From: Lama glama
Taxonomy: Eukaryota
DNA length: 64,000 bases
NCBI GenBank assembly: GCA_028534125.1
Contig: CM052816.1
Location: 42,348,001 to 42,412,000 of the forward strand
Direction of reading: 5' to 3'
Positions 40,701-51,473 of this stretch are shown one piece after another (position 1 is the first letter of the stretch; each line of letters begins with the position of its first letter). Below the pieces are notes generated by a model. That model worked only from the letters and a program-made list of their open reading frames with translations, made no database searches and was not told the DNA's origin. The position numbers and the translations under genes are program-made.

Positions 40701-41949
40701 TCCCTCCCTTCTCTCTCTTCAATATGGCAGGACAACTACTGATGCCCTATAAAAGTCTGTGCACACACAGATTACTTTTAAAATACAAAACAAAGTACAA
40801 CTTGTACTATGTGGACATTTATACTGTTACAAGTGTTTTCTATATTAACTAGTTATATGATATCAAAGGGATAACAGACTTTGAGTCAGAATAACTTTTG
40901 GTAAATTCTTGGTCTAAGGTAAGAAGGTGAAGTTTTGACATTTGAGGCCTGGAGAAGAAACAGTCTCAGTGACAATACTGCTTATCAATTCTAAGAGGAA
41001 AAATGAGCCTTCTGTTGGCTAAACACAAATGGACATCTTCCCCAGTAAGAGCTCTTGCTATGTGACTCACTAGGATTTTATCTGGGATCTCTGGTCTTTG
41101 AATCCTTGAAATTATATGCACAATTGAATGTGTGCATGTGTGTGCGCATGCGTGTAGGTTGAAAACCACTGCCTTAACCAAACAGAGGGCAGATAAACCC
41201 CGATGAGCCACTCCAAATAGCAACAGCTACTTTCAAAATTCTCCCTTTGAGATGGACTCACTATCCATTATTTTACATTGTGTTCCACTAACATCTACAA
41301 CAAAACAAGTGCATAAAACACCAGAAAGAAAACAGCTATGCCAGAGATACTGCTTCTTTAGTCCAACATTTTACCAGTGAAACTTTTTCAATAAGTATTT
41401 TCCCTGAAACCCCTAATGTGAAGCAGATCTTCTAGACAAATAGGTTCTACAGGTAGTTTACATCATCACTGATTTATAGAAAAGACTTCTTTTGTTTTGC
41501 AGAAAACCTGAAGCACTCATGAGGGTTCCCCAAGTGCCCTAGAAGACTCTTTGGACTGCTCAGATGTGGGTGAGCAGCCCTACCACAGACTCGAATTCTC
41601 CAACCTCCGCTGCAGCTTTTCTCTAGCTGGCTCCCTTCCCCTTCCCCACAATGGCTGTATCAAAATTCTTCACCCAAGTCCTGCCTGCTCCCTACCCCCT
41701 CACACCCTGGAGAGCATATGGACTCCTTCACCAAGAGGGTCAAGCCCAGATGATGGAATTGCTGAGACTTCTTTCCTCGAATGCTCTGATGCTCGATACC
41801 CCTACTCATTCTGAGCTCCGTCTCTATTATCTTAGTGTTTTCCCCATTTTAGGCATTCCAATTTCACCTTCATGGTTTTTGCCTTATCATATTTTGGCCA
41901 TATCTGGACTAGTATTACTTAACAGTTTTCTTGATTAGCAATTCATTTT

Positions 41950-42225
41950 ATTTACTTACATACATTTAAATTTTTTTCATTAGAACATTTTCATGGAAAA
42001 TTTTAAATGTAAACAAAATAGAGAATAATATAAGAAGCCTGTATGTATTCATCAGCTTCAACAGTTATCAATTCATAGAGGGTCACTTCTCTATTTATAT
42101 CTACCCTTGCTAGCCCCCATCTCAAATATTTTGAATCAAATTCTAGTAATCATATCACTGCATCAATAAATACTTTACTATTTGCCTCTGAAAGATAAGG
42201 AATTTCTTTAGACATCCTTTTTTTT
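41950..42225 (-). mobile_element. Old L1M 3' fragment
   Basis: ttcatggaaaattttaaatg...cagcttcaacagttatcaa...tattttgaatcaaattctag. Confidence 0.6.
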
Positions 42226-43399
42226 TTTCAGTTAGCAGATAAGGAAAAAGTACATAGTTCAGTGAGGAAACATAGAATCCAAAGTGAGAGAAGGGACTCG
42301 AAATGAGAAAGACAGGCAAAGCAGGGGAGAGGCAGGCCAGCAAAATCTCCAAGGACTGAGGCCAGCCCTAGTGCCAGGAAAATGGTGGGTGCAGGTGAGG
42401 GCTCTGGTACAGGAAGTACTGGCATCAGCTCCACAGAAAAATGGGAAGTAATCCAGGAAAAGGAAATTGAGAAAACAGTCTGGGCTTAGGGACTGATACA
42501 GGGTGCTAGATTAGTGACCCTGCAATTGAAGAAACACCAAAGAGAACAGAGAAAGGATGAGACCAGAAAAGGAGAAGAATGTGGGAGCGGACAGAACACT
42601 GAAGCTGGGAAAGGCATAGCTGGGGACTGAGATTAAAATGAGGCACAGATTTGGGGCAGGGTTTGTTATTAGGAAGTGTATGGTAACCTAGTCTTGAAAG
42701 GGGACACTGGGAGGGTTAAGAAAGGAAGTTGAGGACTGGGTAGGGACAAAGGGATGAAAGCTGTTTATTGTGTAGAGGCTAAGAAGAAGTATAGGGTATG
42801 TTACTATTCACCCTAAATGGGTCATGATCTTGGCCTAAGACAAAAGAACTTCTGTACACCACTGATGAATTTCTAACTGTGAGACCAAGTCACCCTCAGC
42901 CTTCACTCAACTCATTTTTATGCAGCATTTCACTGTCTTGACCACCATCTCCCTCCTTTGCACCTTTGAGTTCCATGACACTCTAGTTTTCTCAGTCTTT
43001 AGATTCCCATTCTATCTCTTGAATCCTTGAGTAGGTCTTCCTTCTCTTCTATCCACCTTCAAAGGTCATGTTCATCAGAGTTACATACTCCCTGATCAGC
43101 CTTATCTATTCCCATATCTGTATATTGGTTCCCAAATATACATCTCTATCCCTATCTGCCATCTTGAACATGGGACCCAAATTTCTAACTGCCTGTTGTA
43201 TAACTATCACCACATCAATGTGCTGCAGGTATCTTAAATTTAATGTATTTTAAAATAAACTAAAATTTTTAGACCCACAAATACATTCCTCCTTCCAGCT
43301 TCCTGATCTTAGCCCTAGTATCTCTAATCACCCATTTGCTAAATGAGAAACCATAATATCAGTTTTGAGTCCTCCCTCTTCTTCTCCACCTTGAGTAGG

Positions 43400-43868
43400 C
43401 ATGTTTGTGGCCACAAACACCTTGCGATCATCCATTCCACATTTGAGGAATTCCTCAACCTTCAAAAGGTGAAAGGTAGAATGTCCCTTTTGCTGCCTCC
43501 CTTGCAGCCAGAGTACAAGCTTTTGACCCACTGAAAGCCAGAACTGTACAATACCTACTTTCATGAGGTTGGAGGTGGAGGGATGCAGTTTAAAGCAAGC
43601 AGTGGTAGAGGTTCTAGCATCCAGCGCCCAGCACCAGTGGTCAGTCACCTATGATGTGATACACAGTGCCCAGGGGTGCCAACAGTGGACTCTTCACTGC
43701 AGGAACCCCATGGTGTGATGTGAGCATGGTTTCAGGCTTCATTGTCCCTCAGCCTGGTTCTCTGGATCTCCTAGAAAACCTGTGACCTAGGAAATAGCCT
43801 CCCATGATCTTTCCCTACTTCAATTAGATACAAGTGTTCTTTTGCATGCAGCTAAGGGTCCTGATATC
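43400..43868 (+). mobile_element. ERV-L-class solo LTR (LTR33-like) within L2 relics
   Basis: cctcccttgcagc...gaaagccagaact...cctggttctctgg...tgcagctaagggtcctga. Confidence 0.45.
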
Positions 43869-44148
43869 TAAGTTGTTCTACTTTCCCAAAATTGGTTACT
43901 AAGTTTTGTCTTCTAGACTTACAGAATGTTAATCTAATGTTAAGTCCCTCCTTTCCATCCCCATTACCTTTATCTTGGTTCTGGTTTCATCAGCTGCCTA
44001 GACTCCAGGTACTCTTCCTTCAGCACACCTTGCAGTATGTATACCTTTGCTCACATTCTATGGAACTCATCACTCCATCATCTGTACCTTAAAGATATCT
44101 CCATTATAGCACTAACCCCACTCCTTTGGAGTCATTTGCTTAAATCAT

Positions 44149-44500
44149 TGTTGTGGCCCATCAGGCTGCTATTTTTCAAAAAATACCACAGATTGGGCAG
44201 TTTATAAATAATAGAAATTTATTTCTCATAATTCTGAAAGCTAAAAGTCTGAGATTAAGGTGCCAGCATGGTTAGGTGAGGGCCCTCTTCCAGCTGCAGA
44301 TGTCTCGCTATATCCTCCCACGGTCTCAGGGCTGAAAGAACTTTGTAGAGTCTGTTTAAAAGAGCACTAATTCCATTCAAAGGGCTCCATACTCATGACC
44401 TGGTCACCTCCCATAAGTCCCATCTCCTAATACTGTCACATTGGGCATTAGGATTTCATCATATGAATTTCCAGGCGGGGGCCATATTCAGACCACAGCA
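44149..44500 (-). mobile_element. MaLR solo LTR (MLT1A/MST-like)
   Basis: caggctgcta...aaaataccacagattggg...agaaatttatttctca...aaggtgccagcatgg...attcagaccacagca. Confidence 0.9.
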
Positions 44501-45933
44501 ATTACTGTTTTTCCCATTAGCCCAGGAGTTAGGGCATTATGGCTTAAGGGAAAGAGCAAAAATTTTGATGTCAGGCAGCCAGTGGTTGAACCTCAACTTA
44601 CTGGCAGTGGAATTCTGAGAAATTCACTTAACCTCTCAAATGCTCAGTTTTCTTGGGATAATGAGAGTGATGACTTTAGTGGAAGCAAACTTAGCAAAGA
44701 ATTGAAGATTGGACTATTTCAGATTCCATTCCCCTGGATACTGTCACACAGCTTCCATTTATACCAGAACACCTGCAGAATCACCTGGGTTGTGAGCTAA
44801 GGCTGGATTCACGTCCTGTCTGCTTCAGGACCAGCCTAGCAATGAAAAACCTATGCCCTTCAGTCCAAGCCTCTGAGCCCAACAACTACTTGTCCTTCCT
44901 ACTCCCAGGAGTAGGCTCAGTAGAGCCCTCACAGTCCACTGACAGATACCATACTGTACTGGCCGAGCTTCCCCACAGAGAACCATTCCTACATGGCGGT
45001 CGGACAGTAATTGAGATAATGGGTACAGACACTTGGCATAGTACCTGATACATGGCAGACAGCACTCAAGAAATAGTAACCATTATCATTGTTCATTCTG
45101 AGAGACGCATCCTCTTTGCACACCATCAGCACCTAGAACAATAAAGAGGCAAAGAAATCGTGCTTGATAAAATTTTAGAGAGTATATGAACTCATGAACA
45201 ATTCTGTTTTTACCAGATCTAGACTGTTTCCCCTCCCCCAGTCCTCACCTTTTTCATTTAGCAAAATCCTACTTAGCTCTCAACACCCACCACAAAATGC
45301 ATCCCTTTTACAAAGCCTTTCTTACTACCCTCTGTCAGAATTGATCATTCTTTCCTCTGGGTTCCTTAAGTTCTTTGTTGATAACTGATACAGAACTCAT
45401 CACAAGGCTCATGACTGGATTTACAGTCATTTACTTATTTATGTGATCATCTCTCTAATTAAACATATATTCATTGAGGCTAAGGGCCTAGAGTACTTTC
45501 CTTTGTAGGAGTCATAGTACTCTTGGTTAATTTTATGTGTCAGCTTGGCTAAGCCATGATACCCAGATATCTGGTCAAACACTAATCTAGATGTTGCTGT
45601 GAAAATATTTGTTAGATGAGATTAACATTTAAATCAGTATATTTTGAGAAAAGCAAATGACTTTTGATCATTTGGGTGGGTCTCATCCAATCAGCTGAAG
45701 ACCTTAAACAGAAAAAAGACTGACCTCCCCCAAGGAAGGGGGGAGTCAGCCTCTAGACTGTCTTCAGACCCTAGCTGCAGTATCAGCTCTTCTCTGGGTC
45801 TCCAGCCCATTAGCCTACCCTGTGCATTTTGAACTTACCATTCTCCACAATCCAGTTCCTTAAAATAAATCTAGATAGATGATGGCCAGATAGATAGACA
45901 GATGGAGAGATAGACTGATCAGTTCTATGGGTC

Positions 45934-45957
45934 TGTGTGTGTGTGTGTGTGTGTGTG
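45934..45957. repeat. (TG)12 microsatellite
   Basis: Directly visible. Confidence 0.95.
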
Positions 45958-46151
45958 CAACTTTGAACAACACATGTTTGAACTGTGCAGATCCACTTAT
46001 ACATGGAGTTTCTCCAATAAATTCATACTACAGTACTACACTGTCTGTAGTTGGTTGGATGCAGAACCTTGGATAACTGTAAGTTATACACAGATTTTTG
46101 ATTGTGCAGGGGTCTGTACCCCTACCTGTCATGTTGTTCACAGGTCAATTA
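45958..46151. mobile_element. TcMar-Tigger non-autonomous element (MER8/Tigger2-like)
   Basis: Inverted ends ttgaacaaca...tgttgttca; internal tttgaactgtgcagatccacttataca. Confidence 0.8.
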
Positions 46152-46262
46152 GATAGACATATAGATAGATACAGATACATATCTATATATGTCTATATTA
46201 TATATAGATATCTATATATCTACCTATATATATACTATATCATATATAGGAGATATATATAT
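46151..46262. repeat. Compound (TAGA)/(TA)-rich low-complexity tract
   Basis: Directly visible. Confidence 0.9.
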
Positions 46263-49200
46263 CCTATTAAGTCTGTTTCTCTAAGAACCCTGGCTAATGC
46301 GGTATCTCTCAGTATGTGTCTTCCCATGGTAGATGCTCAGTAACTGCTCCATGAATGGATGGAGCTGGAAGTGAATAGACAAACTGAATAAGAAAAGAAG
46401 AAAACTGCTGAAGAACATAAGGCAGTTGAGTAGGGGGACAAGGAGTGTGGGCAAAGTTCTCATGGGGTAGAACACCATCCTGAAGGTGAGGCCTCAGGAA
46501 TCCCACCTCTAATCCAGTTTTCCTACACAAGGCCCAGGGCAGACACTGCCTGTTCAGTAATAAAAGCAGGATGTGAGGCCAGAGATTCTTTTGGCTGAAT
46601 CTCTGAGAGACCAGGGTTCAGACAGGGTAACAGTGAAGAAACTCCCAAGCAGTGAGTCAGTGCCCAGTAAATGCTGCTGCCTGACTAAAACAATGACACA
46701 ATTCTTATCTAGGTGTACACCTCGATTCAGCAGCGGAGGCCAGCCATGACCCTCTGTCCTTCCCAGACTGTGCTCCCCCTCTGGCTCGTCAGACCTGCTG
46801 CGATGCCTACGTCTTCCTCACACTCTCCCTGACAGCTTTATTCCCAGAGCCCCTTATCTCTCATCACCTTGCACCAGTTAGGGTGGCCTGTCAGCTGCTT
46901 TGAGTTTCCCAGCACTGCTCAGCCAAGAGCTGCATTTAAAAGCCATCTCACTCTCCAGTCTCTGCAAATACAGGAACTGTGTAAGCAGGTTTTTTAAAGG
47001 GAAAACTATAAAATGTGGACAGTAAATTACATCGCAGTTTTCCCCTCCCATTGAAAAATGGCAGGCTGCTAAGTGGTTTGGAGCTCAGTCAGTGTTTCAG
47101 ATTAAAGGGAGTTGAATCTAAACCTCACATTACTTCGAGAGCATGAAAAAGAAAGAACCTGAAATAGTCCCATAACTGACAGGGGGAAAGGGGGTGACTG
47201 TCAGTCATTATTGCTATTTTTGTATTTGTAGATAGATGGAAGGTCTCTGGAGCTTTTTTTAAGCACAAGTATGCCCATTTTTAAAGCAAGCCAATTTAAG
47301 AAAATCTAAACTAGCAAAACAGATGAATTAGAAAGTGGTTCTTCATATTACAAAAGAATTCTTCACTTCAAGAGCAATTAAGACAATATCCATGATTATT
47401 AATGGCTTAGAAGTTTACCACAAATGTGTTTCTAATGATTCATCAGAAAAATATTTCCCTTATTGAAGGGTCCCGGTAATTACTTAGAGACTATAAAGAG
47501 CCATATCCATATTGCATTATTTAAAACCTGTATTTACTGGAAGCCTAAATTGGGCAAAGGATTTCCTATACATACGCAAGTGGCCCCTCTTGTCAGATTG
47601 AATTGCAAAAGGAAAATTAAAAGTAAATAAAGAATGTAATCTTAAGAATGAGATTACTTGAGATTCAACATAATATCCTTATGCACCCAAAAGAGTGGGA
47701 ACCTGATTGTATATAGAAGCCTTGAATACATTATTTGTTCATTCCACAGATATATTTTGATTACCTAATACCTCTAAAGCAATGTGCTATCCCCTGAAGT
47801 GACCTAAAGTGAATACAAAATGAAGGTGATGTTTTCTTTCCAAGAAATTTGAAGAAAGAAATAAGCCATTCATATGAACCACTTAAGAACTAGGATCAGA
47901 AATCATAGAGTGCCACATTGGAAGTCACAGGTAGTAGCTAAAAGAAGAAAGAGGAGATCAGTATGGGCTGAAGTGATGAGAGATGTGAAACTTGAGCTTG
48001 CTGTCAAAGAAGAGATGAGAGGAGGAAAGGCAAGACTTTGTACCCAAGCTGGCTGAAAACAAGTCCAGGAAAGGATTTGAAAGTGGGAGGGGAAAGGGGA
48101 AAGGTGCAGAGGTATAAAAAAGAAACAGAAGTAGTTAGAGAAGCTATGATCAAACAGTAAGCTATGGGAATGAATGGAACAGTAGAGAGTCAGAGAGTTC
48201 GGAAAGCAGTCCGAAATTGTAAGAGGTCAAAATTCACAACAGCAAAAGGCAACTAGGCTGGCTCTCGGGCCCTGCTGTTAAGCTCACTTTCTCCACGAGA
48301 TTCATACTGAAAAGGTCTGCTATAACCTGACAGTGTCCAAGTGACATTCAAACCCGTTTTAATGACGGACCTAGTCTGGGACTCATAGACAGTTTTTCTT
48401 CTTCCTTCTTCATTCATCTGCCAGCACTAGCAGTTTTCTGTCACAAATGCTTAGCAATGTGTTATCAGGAATATGTGTCCAGTCTGTCCTGTCCTCATTG
48501 CACTCTTCTGACGTGTTCTCTCTGCCTCTATAATACATTTTCTTAATACCACCCCTGACTCCACTGAATTTCTCTCCAATTGTTGTGAAATTTGTCCACG
48601 ATCATCCCAGGGACAATATGTGCTATTTCATTACGTTTTAGTAAGGTGACAGACTTTGAAAAAGATCTGCAGGTTAATTGCCCTAGAATTAAACCTTTAA
48701 GCCTCACAGCAGGGGAAGAGGTAAGAATCACCAGACACAAAGAGAACTCCCTCCCTGGTTCCAGGTCAAGGGAATGCAGCAAAGCTGAAAAGATCCAGGG
48801 CTACAGGGTGGAGGACAATCCACTTTGTATACCAAATACGCCAGTTATATTTCTAGATCATGCTATCTTTTAGTTCCATAGTGTTTTACGTGTTAAACAT
48901 TTCTTTCCCTGACTTTGTCTCATGTTCTAAATGCTTTAAAATAAAAGACATTTCAAGACTAGAAAATACTCATTTGCTTTATTGTGGTAGAACATACATA
49001 TAATTTGGAGCCCAAGTCTTATGCATACAGCTTAATGAATGTAACCAACCCTCCGGATGAAGATAGAAAGCATTTCCAGCCCAAAAAGCTCTCCTGTGCT
49101 GCTCCTCTCAACAATTTTTTTTTTCCTTCATAGCATTGAAGCTTTTTTTTTTTTTAAATACAAGTTAAGGTTAGGAACAATAACTCTCAGCTATGTTTTA

Positions 49201-50574
49201 TCCACTGACGTTTGGGGAAGCTGATTTGATTCACTGATGTGCTTCCAAAGTTCCAAGAAATTGTGATGGAAAAGAGCAAAAAAATTATCTGTGTTCCTTG
49301 TTTACCCCAAGAAAAAGTGTACTACCCCTTTCATCAAAACCCAGCCTTTTGAATGCACTCATTAGGGATTTTTTAAAAAAATATTTTTAGAAAATATCAT
49401 AACCAAGAAATGTTGATAATAGGAATAAGTACCAGAAGACAATTATTAGCCTTTAAAAATTTAAGCCAAAAATATACCCCAAAACATAGCTGTTCCCAGC
49501 ATGTCAGGTCAGTGCAAAGAAGATAAAGGGAGTTAAGCAAAGGGGACATCTGGCCTATTTTTTTGTGAAGTCTTTTGTAAATTTTTGTGCTTTAACTTTA
49601 TCTTGCTTAGCATGGAAATAAGACACCAGCATAGCTGTCACTGAGGGCAAGAATCAGAAGCGAAAAACAATTCCCAGAAAAGGGAATTTCACACCTTTCT
49701 GAGAAAGTTAGACTGGGTTATTTCAGGAAACTATTGACTTATGAGTATTTAAATAGTTAAGCAGGTGGCTTTTTTCCCCCGTAGGCCACATAACACAAAC
49801 CACAGACAAGAAATATCACTGGTAAAAATCAGGCAAAATGAAGAGAAGTTTCACAGATGCAATAAACTACAGACAGGTAGCAACAACCACCCCCATGGTC
49901 AGGGTTCAAAATACAATCTATAATTAGTAAAGGCTGAAGTTTTTCAATGTAATCATCATCAATTTACTGAAAGTACCAAAATGAAATCCTTATGAGAGCT
50001 GCCGATCACTCAACAGCTGTTGGTAGTACTCTAATGCCAACTTTCTTGGCAACATGATATAAGCAAAGTTAGCTTTGAGCAAAGCAACTTAGATACAGGC
50101 TTGAAACCCTGGGTTTATGAGGGTCTCTAACTTTCTTCACTCCTTGACATGATCTCCATTCAGCATTCACTGTTGTCCATGGCAACAAGAGGCAAGAGAA
50201 TCAAACCTGGCTTCCAACTACCACCTGGTTAATAGCATCAAAAAATACTGGAGTCAAAGCTAGAAAAACTATTGCCCTGTGCTACCATTTTCTTTCTCAT
50301 TCTCATAGCCAATAGAACACACAAATCTAAGTCACTCAAAATCCTTCAACAGCTAAATCCATCCTGTTACCAAGTTAAATTACCCCCCTCTCTCCATCAG
50401 AGGATAAACCACAGTGACCATTAGACTAGCTTTCCTACAGGTAAACTTATAAATGAATCATGTCCTGTTTGGGAGGTCCTTGCCCACAGTCTCACATTCT
50501 CAGTTCAAACTAAGGGTAGATTAGGAACCTCCAGCAAATATATACCATCTTGTGTTCCAAACACCTTTATAACA

Positions 50575-50780
50575 GCACGGTATAGTAGGAGTCAGAATGA
50601 TGAACTTCAAATCCCAACTTTGGTGCTAACTACTCATGTGAATTCAGCAATACAACTCACTTCTCTGTGCTTCAGTTTCTCACCTGTAACTTGGGAATGA
50701 CAGGTAGCTAGCTACCTCTGAGGGTTGTTAAAAGGGTTAAATAAAATAAGGCATGTAAAGCGCCTAGTACAGCCCCCAAC
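50575..50780 (+). mobile_element. MIR SINE
   Basis: ttcaaatccca...cacttctctgtgcttcagtttctcacctgtaa...agggttgtt...catgtaaagcgcctag. Confidence 0.8.
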
Positions 50781-50892
50781 TAAGGAAGACCACACATCAG
50801 GATTTTATATTGCAGTATAGTTGCATGTACCATTGCATGTACTTCATATGGAGTCTCTGATCTTTGCTGACCAACTGAAATGAAAAATGGTA

Positions 50893-51473
50893 TGACTTCA
50901 GTTGTGTTCCCTGGGAAATGGAGTCTGAGATGCATGCTTCTATGCAGGAAAGTTCTCAAGAAATGCCCTCAGAATCAAAAATTGTGTAGGACTTGGGGGA
51001 GGGTGTAGCTCAGTGGTAGACTGTGTGCTTAGCAGGCACGGGGTCCTGGGTGCAATCCCCAGTATCTCCATTAAAAAAGTGAATAAGTAATAAATCCAAT
51101 TACCTCCCCCCTCCAAAAAAAAAACCAATTATGGAGGACTACAGGAAGTAAGAATGCGCACAGGGAGGAGGTAAACTGTACTGTGATTGCAACAAAGGAC
51201 TCAACTACTCCCACAGGGTTCTCTGGAGCTGCGATGATCCCTCTGAGTCGTACCACTTGAGTCAAGGAACTAAGCTTAATAACTCCACACTGACCAGCCA
51301 TCCAGTGCAGGCTATTTCCCAGAGAGAAGCAGAACTTTGGGTGAGGCGGCTCCCTTCAGCTGAAAGTAAATTCCAGAGAGGGATTCAGCAGAGAACTATC
51401 AACATCAACAGTTCAGCAACTGAGTGCCTTGGTCCTGAAGGGAGGGATCTCAGCAATGAACCATTTCCACCAC
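50893..51473 (-). mobile_element. 3' LTR of ERV-L provirus (LTR16/ERV3-16-like)
   Basis: Colinear homology with 54250-54680 (tgttccctgggaaa / tgttctctgggaaa; ccagagaggg in both; ttggtcctgaagggagggatct / ttggttctgaaggggagatct). Confidence 0.8.
50995..51126 (+). mobile_element. tRNA-Ala-derived SINE (long form) inserted in the ERV-L LTR
   Basis: gggggagggtgtagctcagtggtaga...; TSD aattgtgtaggact (50980-50993) / aattatggaggact (51127-51140). Confidence 0.93.

Larger units (their letters stand above)
45519..46301 (+). mobile_element. ERV-L solo LTR (MLT2B-like), interrupted by microsatellites and a MER8-like element
   Basis: tggttaattttatgtgtcagcttggctaagcc...ggtcaaacactaatctagatgttgctgtgaa...tcctattaagtctgtttctctaagaaccctggctaat. 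Confidence 0.9.

Noticed and set aside
41128..41156. Alternating purine-pyrimidine tract with NRF1-like tgcgcatgcgtg (similar tract at 61160-61203)
   Set aside because: Degenerate (TG/CA)n microsatellites outside any CpG island; the motif is likely incidental.
41503..41569. Plus-strand exon-like segment (ttttgttttgcag|...TGG|gtgagc)
   Set aside because: Stops in all frames and no supporting context; expected by chance in 64 kb.
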